Shown piece by piece: positions 1 through 11,942 of a DNA stretch of 64,000 nt (the stretch's first letter is position 1; every line of letters begins with the position of its first letter). Made by a program: the position numbers and the translations under genes. This DNA comes from Azolla caroliniana (taxonomy: Eukaryota; Plantae; Polypodiophyta). A model generated the notes under the pieces. It had not been told where the DNA came from, made no database searches, and worked only from the letters and a program-made list of their open reading frames with translations. The DNA is taken from positions 12,090,001 to 12,154,000 of the forward strand of contig JBHGNT010000013.1 in assembly GCA_043228905.1 (NCBI GenBank), read 5' to 3'.

Positions 1-50
1 CCATCGAAAGGACGATCGCCTCATGGGTAGCGATACCGTGGGAGAACGAG

Positions 51-485
51 ATGAGCCGAGAAGAGTTATTAGCGGCACGGATAAGGCAACTTGAAAGAAG
101 ACCTGAAGATTTAGAAAAAGCGCGAAAGATGATGAAGGCAGCCCGAGTAAAGAACAAGGTTCGGTTCGACAACACGCATCAACTTCGTCCCAAGAAGATT
201 GAAGAAGGGGATTGGGTTTTGGTTTACGACAACACTCTTGACAATCAACACAATACAACAAGGAAGTTCGCAAGAAGATGGTTTGGGCCGTATGTGGTGA
301 CAAGTGCCAACGATAATGCCACATACCACCTTGCGGAACTAGACGGATCAAGGTTAGCCGTACCCATTGCGGGAAAAAGAGTAAAGATTTTCAAGAAAAG
401 ACAAGACAAGGATCTTGACCCTGATTACCTCGACGATGAACATAACAGGGCGGATGAAAATGAAGACATGGAGGAATCTAATTGA
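51..485 (+). CDS. Ty3/Gypsy integrase C-terminus (GPY/F module, no chromodomain); element continues upstream of the window
   Basis: The ORF reads ...EGDWVLVYD...RKFARRWFGPYVV...ATYHLAELDG. It is followed by a PPT-like GGTGGGGGTGGA (~546-557) and an LTR. Confidence 0.85.
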   Translation: MSREELLAARIRQLERRPEDLEKARKMMKAARVKNKVRFDNTHQLRPKKIEEGDWVLVYDNTLDNQHNTTRKFARRWFGPYVVTSANDNATYHLAELDGSRLAVPIAGKRVKIFKKRQDKDLDPDYLDDEHNRADENEDMEESN

Positions 486-557
486 TCATCGTAGCCGAAA
501 TCTCACTTTCTCTCTTCTTGGCACGTACCGGAGGACGTGCGGTTTGGTGGGGGTGGA

Positions 558-1621
558 TGTCATGAAGATTTTCGGCAATAGTGTGAAAATCCCATAAAAC
601 GTACAAAATCGACTATAAATCACATAATACAATAATTGTGAAGATAACATTTTAAATAAATTTAATATCTAAGTACAAAATGATGGAGGTTTCGAATGCA
701 ATTTATTACACGAGAAACGGACAACTAAATGTCAAGATATGAGGGTATAAAGTTTGTGAAAGGAAAAGAGAAAATTGTGAGATATCCCACATAGGCACGA
801 CAAATACGGCTCTCATCATATATAAGGTGGAGCAAAAGATATTATCTTTATGTCTATGTGTGGAGCATAGAGAGTTCAAGGTAACTTGAACTAAGAGTGG
901 AGGTGGGCTAGCTACTCGTAAAGGGTTTTGGCCAACCAAAACCGGACCGGCGATGGAGCCGGTGATCCGGCGGCATCCGACGCTAGTGAGACACCAGCAT
1001 CCGACGGCAATCCGGCACCGGTAACCGACGACATCCGGCGACTAGATAAATAAATGTATAAATATATATACATATATACATATACAAGGAGGGCAAGTAA
1101 GGATTCAAACCTTGTACCTCCAAGTTAAAAATCAATTGGCTTACCATTAAGCCATGCTATTTAGTTGAAATTATATTTCTATCATTGTACTTTTACATGT
1201 AAATTCTCATACATGAGAGCTAAAATGAGTGACATGGTTATCATGCACCACATGTAATACATAAGCGCCAAATGGCAAACATGCAATTTATGCATGTCTT
1301 GTACCCTCACATGCATCATATGCATGAGAGTATCTATAAAAGAAGGAAGGGGGAGGAGAAAAAACACGTTTTTTTTTATGAAAATTAAGAGGAAGAAATT
1401 CGTTATGAAATTGATCGTGTAACTTGTTTCTTAAATCTAAAGTTAAAAGTTCAATCAATCTCTCTCAATCGTGTAATCTCAACTTCTCTCTTTCCCAATC
1501 TATCTTAAGTACTTTCTCGCTAAAGCTTGCGCCAAAGCTTGTACCGACTTTGAATCCTTCCGGTTCAGAACCCCGACGGTTCCGCCTCACGATCCGTGCG
1601 TAGTGACGGATCTTCACGACA
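558..1621 (+). mobile_element. 3' LTR of a Ty3/Gypsy element
   Basis: It starts TGTCATGAAGA directly after the PPT and ends TCTTCACGACA, a terminal inverted repeat. The right flank is ACGT, then Copia gag-pol sequence. Confidence 0.85.
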
Positions 1622-4016
1622 ACGTGCTCAATTCTTCAGTTGTAAGCAGGTCTTTTGATTTGCTTGAGTTCTCAATTGATAGTATATTTGGGTCGTTTGT
1701 CAATACTTTGGCCGAAGAACTGATGTAGTTGATCTCCTCTTGTCGGCCACTCTTCTGCTCGGCTCCCTAAGCCTTATCGTTTTTGGCCTTTAGTGCATGA
1801 CAATCGGCTTTTATGTGTCCGGGTTTCTTGTAGTAGTTGCAGACTTGATTATCCTGGGACTTGCTCTGACTTCGTTGATTATTCAACTACCATGAAGAAC
1901 TTCTTCCACGGTTGTTCGATCAGTCGATCGAACCTTGTACTACGTTGTCGTAGTGTAATTCGCACACTACGTGAAAATTTGCATTTTTGGTCTCTCCGGA
2001 TAGGACATGGAGTACTCGGTGAGAACTGGATGAAGAAGGCCGGTGAGAGTCTCTCACCGGATGAAGAGACATATTTGTAAATAGAAGAAAGTATAAATAT
2101 ATATATTACATGCATAAGGCAAAATTCGAACCTTGCACCTCCATGTTTATAATGTAAAGCCTTACCATACACTAACATATCATTAGTGTTAAAAAAAGTA
2201 AACGTCCCACATAGAAAGGTAAGTTCACGCTAGAATAAACTTTAGTTAGAAGAAAACGCATGATAAAAGAAAAAGCTACGCATGCACATGTAGCGTGCAT
2301 GAACACCATAATCGATAAAAACGCATCAAGTTAGAAAAGGTAGGATCACTTTAGAAAAAGCATGTTAGAGAAAGCATAGAGTCTATCTATAGAAAAAGCA
2401 TGGATTGTTAAGACTCTCTCATCACTATATAAGGATGAGGAGCACAATATAATAGGGGGGGGTGTGGAATATTTGGAAATTGGATATATTTCCTAAAACA
2501 CGAATTAATACAATATAATTGTGGGATTCACAAGTTTTTAATATCTCTCTTTTAATCCAATTTTTTATTCTTATCTTAATATTGAATAATCTAATACAAT
2601 AGACTCGTGGGATTCACGAGGTTTCTTTATCTCTTTCTTAAAATCTATTTATATTCTTATTAACCTTAAAACTCTCCTCCTCCTAGTTCAAAACCCCAGT
2701 GGTTCCCACCCAACTCACGCAACGATCCGGAGCTGAAAGGCATGACAACGTAAGAGTTGTTGGCTGAATCGTTAGCAAACGATTTTCTCCGAGCTGCTTC
2801 AGTTAGAATTGCACTTGTGACTGAGGAGTACTTAACGGCAACTGTCAATGCATTGCACACGGTTGTAACGAAAGTTTCCCACGAGGGAGGGAGACTACTC
2901 ATGAGTAGCATTGCTTTTAGTTCATCCTAGATAATTGTCTTTGGGCCAAATTTTGGGAGCTTAAGCTTTCGTACTCGTTCAGGTGTGCCTGGACCGAGTC
3001 AGACTCTTTCATCCAAAGGTTATAAAGGCGCCGAATAAGATATGTCTTGGTGGCGGGGACCTTCTTTTCGAAAGTGTCTGAAAGTGTCTTCCATAGTTGG
3101 AAGGCAGTCGAACACGATTACACCGTGAAGTACATAGACTCCGATAGGTGCATCCGAATGGTGGCTCGGACGATTCTGTCGAGCTTTTCCCATTTAAGCA
3201 ACTTGTATCCTTCTGGAGGGTCTACATTCTCAATGGGGTCAATTTGCCCCTTGACTACTAAATAGTCATGCATCTACTCCTTCCAGAAGTTGAACTTCGA
3301 TCCGTTGAACTTCCTTAGACTCATTTATGATGAGCCGGATGTTGAAGCCATCTGTGTTGGTATAATAGACTTTGTCCGGAGTTAGCTACGAACTGTGATG
3401 GAGTGCAGCAGCTTGGCTCACTCTATGCCGTTCTAGCCGAAGTTGAACACAACTCGTGTTGATTACGAATATCAATGAATCATGTTTGGAGTGACTACTG
3501 TCAACTGAATTAGTCGAGTTGAACCCGAATTTGATGATTCGATTTTTCTTGAAATTTCTCAACATGGATTATATGCAATACTCTAGGCCGATCCAATTTC
3601 AGTTAACTACAGAGATGAGAGGGACGGATCCGACCAGTCCTCCCGAATGTCGTTCAGTTGAATGAAACATAGATTGGGGTTGCCCCTGGAGTCGTGTTTG
3701 CTTCAAGTGACTACGACGAGTAGGAGAAAAGCGTCAGATGACCCATTCGATTTCCGCCTAGCCAAGTGAAGCAACGATTTGGCCTAGTCAACATAGAAGT
3801 CTCACTCCGAGCGGCTATGATCACATAACCAAGAGTGACCTAGAACAATAGAGAATGTGTAGACTTTGTCACGTTTCTCTTTGTGTAAACACTCTTGTTG
3901 TAGGTTGCCTGTCGAGATCAGCTAAGATCATCAGGATACACAAACGAGAGTTGTCTATGGAGACTAGATAGAGGGCGACAACAGAATCAAACAGACGACC
4001 AAGCTTTGATACTAGA
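1622..4016 (-). mobile_element. Degenerate Ty1/Copia internal region (gag, zinc knuckle, leader), interrupted by a solo LTR and cut by the Gypsy at 1621
   Basis: The minus strand gives FNGSNFNFWK, LLMSSLPPSWETFVTTV and CNYYKKPGHIKADC, with stops. A degenerate tRNA-iMet PBS complement GCTTTGATACTA lies at ~4003-4014, next to TGTTGGG at 4017. Confidence 0.8.
1946..2747. mobile_element. Solo LTR of the Gypsy family with a 4-bp TSD ACGT
   Basis: Termini are TGTCGTAG...CATGACA, with ACGT at 1942-1945 and 2748-2751. Removing it rejoins the Copia frame (NNSYV|VQGS). Confidence 0.85.
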
Positions 4017-4194
4017 TGTTGGGAACACCGCCATCTAAGGCGGAACAAGATCGACACTCTTGTTCTATAAGCTCGTATAAGATCGTCAATAGATATGGCG
4101 TGGTCACCATCCTTTTTTCAACAAATGTTTTTGTTGACATCCCCATTGATCACTTCGATTTCGTTACGTAACGAAATGCTCATAGCCACAATGA

Positions 4195-4519
4195 TGTTGA
4201 GAATGTAGGGCATGACCCACTATTGAATATGGGCTTCTAATGGACGTATTCACACTGTGTCCTTTTTGTACACACTAGGCTTAGGCTATTTATGTAAATA
4301 GTGAGAAGGGCAGTTGCCCTAAGTTAGTCAATATATATAAACTGACTTTGTAACCCAGTTAGGGGTTGTTTCTTTAAGTTGTAATATAGTCTTTACATTG
4401 GGCCTAACTCTCTCTCTCTCTTTGGTGTACTAGTTGTATTGTTTATCTTTGCTGCGATAGATGTTATGCACAAAAATCTGAGGACGGCCACCAAGATCCT
4501 CTCCCCGAAAAGGACAACA
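4195..4519 (+). mobile_element. Copia-type LTR fragment or solo LTR
   Basis: 4221-4390 is clearly homologous to the LTR piece at 45172-45338 and, inverted, to 42981-43318. It ends ...GACAACA. No clean TSD was found. Confidence 0.6.
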
Positions 4520-5757
4520 TTCGATATAGAAATCACATAATAACTAATATACACATATGTATATTTATCACATATATACAATCAATTACGTATACACATG
4601 ACGACATATGCATATATTAAAAAAATCGTAACATCAAATAGCTAATAATGATGTAAGTGAGATATGTAATCGAGGTATATAACCTCTACACACACGAAAC
4701 ATCCAAAAATAAAGGTTAATCGTAATACGCAATTGACCTCTTACGCATACAACACCAAACGCGTATCATTTACTTAGAAATCGAGGTATTGACCTCATAT
4801 GCAAACGTAACATATGTATGTGAACGTAATACGCAATTGAGGTATTAACCTCGTACGCATACGACACTAATCACATCTTAAATATATGTCAAATGAGGTA
4901 TTGACCTCATACACATATGTAAACGTTTTATACAACCAATTAATTACCACTACAACATCATTGAATCTATGCAAGATGATGAAATGAAGATAGTCAAAAG
5001 ATGATGAAATGAAGGTAGCCAGGCAAGTTCACACTTGGCCTAATGGGTTGTCTCAATCCCGAGGATTAAAAGTAATCCTCCCCTTCTTTACAATCTCGTT
5101 TAACCCTCACACTTATCCACGTGTATAGAATACTACGGTAAATTCTCACCACAGGATATTATATGGTCATGCTCGTAACATTATCAATGCAAAAACCATC
5201 GAGTGTCGGAGAGAGTGGACACCATTGCTTGGTCCCCATGTTGCTAATAAAAAAGCATCGGGAGGGATCACTATCGACTCTCAATTGGCACATAACTTGC
5301 TCATTCGGTCGCACTACAAGTGCTCTCTACTTTGATGGCATTCCGAACTCTATCCTTCTTTTCCAAAGCCCACTCCTTCATATAGTGTCAAAAGGTTTTC
5401 ATGAAGTCTACGAAACAACAATATAACATTCCCCTCCCCCCCCCCCCCCCCCCCCCCGTCTTAAAGCCGAATTTCTTCTATCGGAGGGAGGAGGGAGGGA
5501 CGCGTGTGACACATACAAGCTGAGTTAAAAGAAAACATGAGGGCATTTTTGGGAAATAAGAAAAACTACTCAGCCTCGCCCCCTTTGCCTCTCTCCGTCC
5601 TTCTCTCTGTATACATACATACATACATACATACATATACGTACATACATACTGATACAGCAGAACAATACTTCTGCTTCTGCACCCCTTCTCTGTCTCT
5701 GTCTCTGTCTCTCTCACCATTCACCATTCACCATCTCCCCAGGTGTTGTCGATTTGG

Positions 5758-5896
5758 ATGATGGTGGAGGAGCATTTCATCCTCCGTGTTCCACCCTCTG
5801 TTGCTGAGCGCCTGGAGCGGGTGTTGAACGAGGTTCCATGTTCCCCCCAAGATCTCGACATCGACCTCTCCTTCATCGGTCAGTACACCATTATCT

Positions 5897-5928
<32 letters not shown>

Positions 5929-8362
5929 TCTTTCTCAGAGCTTTCACAAGAAAAAAAGGGAAGAAATTATAAACCTTTATACACTGCAAGACTTCTGGTC
6001 GCATGCCATCTAATGATCACATTGAAACAATTTCTACCAAACCGAAGATCTCTTTCAAGAGTAAGTCCAATACAGTTGCGTCATCTTTCATTGTCTTTTG
6101 TTATGAGCTTGGAAAAGAAATGAAACGGAGTCAAAATATTCTATCAGAGAACTAGAATGCTTTATTATGCTAAAAGGTTTAAAGTATCCATTCATCTTTC
6201 CTGGATTCATGAAAAATCAAGATAGAATGGTATTCCTCTCTGAATCATATTCACATGTCGATGTCAAGAGGTTTTACGTGTGTAACATGGTGTCTTAACT
6301 GTTTAGGAAATTTAGATCCTTTGCTTTTGTCATTAAAATTTTGAATCCATTTATGATAAAACTTCTATTTTAGTAATCTATCGTAAGAATTGTAGGAAAG
6401 AGAGAAATATAATTCCAGTAAACTTGTAGGAAGACTGCGTGAAAGATGTATTTGAAATGGCAGTTACTGGACAGTCTTTCAGCATTTTGGTTTTGTTAGA
6501 TATTTGTATTTGATGGATTGGCAACATTGAATTTCTTCAGTTGTAGTCTTGTATGGTTTTGGATCTTTGGTCATAGTTTCTTTCATCCCTAATATCTTCT
6601 AGGAATTCTTCCTTATAATTGAGTATCAATGCCTCTACATAGGATCATGACCTTTGATTCCTTTTTCGTCAGGTGTGATTGAGGTTATTTTTAACATGCA
6701 TCATACGTAGAATTTATATGATTGAGATTTAGATGTCTATCAATACTTTGCAATATGATGAGATGTGTATTATTTGTTACTTCTCGAAGTCCTCTGATTC
6801 ATCTTCCTTGGATAGAACTTGGTATTGAAGCTTCAATCTTTACTTTGATATCTTTAGGTAATGGTAGTAATGCAATCTGCTGTGCCGGATATAAATATAG
6901 GTATAGATAGTACGGTGATCTATGCTGAAGCTCAGCGGAGCAGACAACAACAAACACCTTTTTCAAAAACATCAAAACGGTAGAGATAATATTTGAAAAT
7001 TAACAAGAACATACAGATAAGGAGCAAAGGAAAAAGAACAAAAAATATCAGGGCATGTTTTTACAGGGGAAAATGAAGTATTACATACTTGCTCACAACC
7101 TTTCTGCCTGCTTGCTTTGTACTAAAGTTATGTATATCTTGTAGCTTGTTAATAAATTTATTCTTAAGTGAGTATACTGCTCTTATTGCTACAACTGAAA
7201 CCATGTACAGTAAAGAATAAGTCTATTTTATTTTCTTTATTTGTTTTTTATTTTATATCAAGGATGCCAAGAGATTATGTCGAGTGCTCCATCATCCATT
7301 TATGAAGCTCCTATTTTGCTCCTCAAAAGCAAATGTATTTTGGGTTGCTTTTAGGTGACAAATGAATTTTCGTCTTTGTTTTTCAAAGAGTCATTCTAAC
7401 TATAAAAAGAATCATGCATTGGTACTTCTTAAGACTTAAAATGTTAGCAGGAGTATTTTTCAAAGTTGTGGCAATCATCTCAAATTTGACCTTGAGGGAA
7501 CAGAGACACAAATAGTTAAATTTGTATATATCATATCAAGTTTGTTAGGATTCTTATTAGATATTTATTATTGCAGAAGATGGAAGGTCAGGTTCATTTA
7601 AGATTGGCAATGATTCATTTCCAGCAGCTCTGTTGGATATGCCATGTGTATTAGAATCATATAAAACATACGATGATAATGTGCTGATAAAAACTGCAGA
7701 CATTGGTCAGGTATGGTGTTCTCAATGTGTATGACACCTTTGGTATAATCATACTAATGTGCTTGTTATGTATGTCATATTAATGTTCTCCTTATCTATG
7801 ACATCTAATATCTACAAAAATGGGATGCCACAGATGATCTTGGTTAGAGAGGAGAAAGATCCTGTTCCTGAAAACATTGAGTATAGGCATGGTCTCACAC
7901 CACCGATGCGTGATGCAAGGAAACGACGATTCCGAAGGGAGCCAGATCTGAATGTATTTTCTCTTTTGCTTTATAATTCAGCATTTATTTTTCTTATGTG
8001 TGTATTGCAAATCTTTTGGAAATCATGATACTCATACTATCAAGGCTATTATTGTTTTACAGCCTGAGGTTGTCCAGAAAGTGGAGCAAGATTTGATTAA
8101 TATCATGTCAGGAGGGACAGCACAAGATGTCGATATCCTTTCTATGACAGTATTTTATTATTATGGTGATGTTTTTCATGCAGTTTTTAAAGGTTGAGCG
8201 TTTCTCCTTGACATTCTTTTAGCACATGTTGAAGTTGTTGAGCAGGAAGAGGATGCTGATGATGAGGAGGAACCTATCCAGCCTTCTGCAAAGCCATCAT
8301 CCAGTTCTAAGAAGGGTGGCATTATTATGCATGAAAAGAGTGATTCAGATGACTATGACTAA
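5758..8362 (+). CDS. TAF7: Transcription initiation factor TFIID subunit 7; exons 5758-5878, 7577-7710, 7834-7953, 8063-8132, 8226-8362
   Basis: The spliced protein reads MMVEEHFILRVPPSVAERL...EDGRSGSFKIGNDSFPAALLDMPCVLESYKTYDD...KTADIGQMILVRE...YRHGLTPPMRDARKRRFRREPDLNPEVVQKVEQDL, matching plant TAF7. Splice phases are consistent and the last intron is AT-AC. Confidence 0.95.
8133..8225 (+). other. U12-type (minor spliceosome) AT-AC intron in TAF7
   Basis: The 5' site is ATATCCTTT, the branch site is TCCTTGAC at ~8205-8212, and the 3' end is ...GCAC. Splicing keeps the frame to TAA at 8360-8362. Confidence 0.9.
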
Positions 8363-8714
8363 GTTTACGATGTCGACTTATTAGAGCTCGCATTTCAGAT
8401 TGCATATACTTAACTAAATATGTACATATCAGTTGTAATGCTCTGAAGTAGAATCTGTGTATATTTTGTAAGTTTTGCTGCCATAAACATTGTTTTATGG
8501 GCTTACATCAATGACAACTCATCGAATGTGTGCCTTTTTATAACAAGGTGTACCTTGTTTTGAGCCGATGGTAGCAATACAAGATGGTTTGACATAGAAT
8601 TACTGTTTGCAATGAAGCATACGCAAGAATTCACAAAACAAGATTGATTGACAATATGATGTATCTGAATGAAATGTATTTGATTAGTGTTTGAGTAATA
8701 TATGATATAATTTA

Positions 8715-9027
8715 GGAAAAAGTACTAGGATACCCTTGGAAGTCCGTCTATTTACCAGAATGCCCTTGGAAGTTCCAATTTTACCAAACAAGCCCTATGT
8801 CCAAAAAATTACACTTTATAAAGTAGTTATACATTCAAATCTACAAGCCTTATTTACCAAAGATGGAAGAAATTGACCCGAACTAGCCCTATTTATCAAA
8901 GATTTGAGTGTATAATTACTTTATAAAGTATAATTTTTTGGACATAGAGGTAGTTTGGTAAATTTGGAACTTCCAGGGGCATTTTGGTAAATAGACGAAC
9001 TTCCAGGGGTATCTTGGTACTTTTCCC
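8715..9027. mobile_element. Mutator-like MITE (fold-back) with a 9-bp TSD TATAATTTA
   Basis: Imperfect inverted repeats of ~130 bp (GGAAAAAGTACTAGGATACCC... / ...GGGTATCTTGGTACTTTTCCC). TATAATTTA occurs at 8706-8714 and 9028-9036. Confidence 0.9.
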
Positions 9028-9664
9028 TATAATTTAACATTTACTTCATATAGATTAGCATACATGTATATTATGATGCTATGTGTTATGGAAATGAAAT
9101 GATTCTATTTTCAACTAAGAATGGAGAACATTTGTATATTTGATTAATATACAAGGCATTGTTGTCAGGTGTATGTTTAATCTGTGACTAAATTTCAAAA
9201 TCTGGATACCTATGTGTACAATAATTGTATTTCTAAGAATCTTCTAGGGTGTTAGATTAGGTGAGAACATAGGTTGATGAAATAAGGTAGGGAGTAGTGA
9301 TGGGTCTAGATTGACCAATGAAGAATTGTTTGCACAATTATATGATCAACCAGACATCTTGAACCAAGAATAGTGTGTTAAAAGGTTGGCTTCGGAAGCA
9401 CTTGACATAACAAGGTTGAACGTCACGGTGATTAGTGTGCAGATCCAATTTCGATAAATCCTTCATGCATGTGGTCTCTTTGGCATTAACATGAAAGTAT
9501 ATTTCACCATGTGAAATTAACAACTCACCTTCCATGTCAAAGAGGTCATATGGTATGGGTGACAAAAAGTCACCTCGTGAGGGAGGGTAAGAGTGTGTGC
9601 TTGAAACAATGAGGAGAGGAGTCAAGGATTGTCTTTATACATAATACACAAGGTGCCCCGGTCT

Positions 9665-9896
9665 CAAGGACACATTTGTCAAGTTCGACGTAACCATGTA
9701 AAAGGTCGATTCGGTAGTGTCTCTGGACATCCTGGGAAGTCTCTGGGAAGAAAGTATCAAGACATTCAATCTGTGGTAATCAAGGACGCATTTGTCAAGT
9801 TCGACGTAACCATGTAAAAGATCGATTAGGTAGTGTCAGTGGACATCCTGGGAAATCTCCGGGAAGAAAGTATCAAGACATTCAATCTGTGGTAAT
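9665..9896. repeat. Tandem duplication, 2 x 116 bp
   Basis: CAAGGAC(A/G)CATTTGTCAAGTTCGACG...CAATCTGTGGTAAT occurs at 9665 and 9781. Confidence 0.9.
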
Positions 9897-9986
9897 CAAT
9901 GTGGATGTGGACAGGGCAGGGCCTTCCTTGCTGGGAAGAGGTTGGTGGTATATGCTCTGTTCTCCTGACGACCTCTGCAAGACAAA

Positions 9987-10132
9987 ATGCTTCCAGTGGA
10001 GCTTTCCATGAAAACTTGTGTAGGCCTGACGATTAGTCCGGTAAGGACTGGAGCCTCGCAACCATGCCTTTGTATGCTCACTGAATCATCAGACTGTGTC
10101 GAAACAGTGAGGAACATTTCTTCTTCTTCTTC

Positions 10133-10167
<35 letters not shown>

Positions 10168-11909
10168 ATTATAAATGGAGACTGATCGTATCATATGACG
10201 GCACTAAATATGCAGGTGTTTTTTCTTTCCTTTATCTTGTCTTAAGATTGGAAACCCGTAAAGGATTGTATGAATGAGTCCTCTTCACTCATGTCTTGGG
10301 TATACAGTATACATCAGACCAAGGTCTTGGTATCTCTACTGAGTGGATAGGATGTTTTAAGGATAGGGGTCTTTTGCACGCAAATGACAACCACATCTGC
10401 AAAACAATGTTAATTGTGCATGAGTAAAATACTATTGCTCTAATTTCCGATATTTGAGCTGTGCTTAAGTTTCACATGTTCTCGAATCCATGGTAGTGGG
10501 CTGTGCTGGACTCCTGTCCATAGTTAGCTACGTTTTATGAGTATGATCACTACACGTGTAAACTACGAGGTGTTTGAAATTGTGAACTACATCAATTCAC
10601 TATTGGCTGCTAAATTTCAGATTTGAGCATGCTTATCACCATGACTTTGGTCTTACCCACATAGACTGCTAGGTCGCAATGCTCAAAAAAAGTGTGCATT
10701 GCATCTAAAAGCTTTTATAATCTCAGTGGAGAATATACCAGAAGTACAGAATCATCAGTATAAATCAGAAGTAATGCTATGAAACGTCCAATAGCTCGTT
10801 TCTCCGCAAGTTCTCCTAATGTTTATTGGCATCCTTGTTTCACTCCCATGGTACTCATGAATTCTCTAGAAAATTCTTTTTTTGTCTTCAAATTACAACT
10901 TACTTAACTGGTATAATGAACCACCCATTGCTTTCATGCATGTTTGTACTCCAATTTTTTGCATTCTATTCCATAGCTTTGCCCTTGGGATTATGTCAAA
11001 GGCGTTCATGAAACCTATAAAGAGACAATACAGTGTTTGTCGTTCAAGGTGACTGCCCTCCATTATGACCCACAGACAAACAAGATAATCAATGGTATTT
11101 TGTTTGGGCTGGAAACCTGTTTTCTTGCTTTTGTTGTTCAGCCCATTCTTTGAGTTAACATTCAGCACTGTTTCCTATAGGTTTATCTTTCTTGATTTTG
11201 TTGTTCAGCCCATTCTTTGAGTTGACGTTCAGCACTGTTTCCTATAGGTTTATCTATACAAGCTCCCACTGTAATCATGCAATAAATTATGAGCTGATTT
11301 TTATCAGCTGTTTTTTATAATGTTTTAATCCAGTTATGTCAAAGTTTTCCTTGAAATCTATTAAGTGACAATACAATGTTTGTCATTTAAGCTGATTATC
11401 CTCCATTATGACCTGTAGAGAAACAAGGCAATCAACAATATTTTGTTTGGGCTGGAAGCCTGCACCCTTGTTTGTGTTTTCAGCCCAATTCTTCGAGTTG
11501 ATGTTCAGAAGTTCTTCCTAGAAGTTTACCTAATCATGTGATAATTGGTGAGGTGATTGTTTATTAACTCTTTTTTATAGTGTTTTGATTCAGTTATTTC
11601 AAAGTTCTTTACCTATGTTTAGTTATATTTTTTTGGGTTTGTTGTTCTCAATGCCATGAAAACATTGTACGAGGAAATTTTGTGTTTGGTCTTATAGTCC
11701 ATTTTGGCCTCTTAAAAGAACTTAATGTAGCTGTCTTTCTTTTTGGGTTTTGGTGTGTCTCTATAATGAGAAGCATGTCTCTTCCCTCTTTAACCTCTTC
11801 CATTCTTGCCAATTGTGTCTAAAGTGCCTCATTACAGTTCCAAACAGCCTTCTTGCATGCTTGTATGATCAAGAAAAAGAAAGAAACCTTAAAAACACAA
11901 CAAAAGGAC

Positions 11910-11942
<33 letters not shown>

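Noticed and set aside
9896-10168. Poly-Asp/Glu ORF on the minus strand
   Set aside because: It is the antisense reading of the (TCA/TCT)n poly-Ser tract in truA exon 1.
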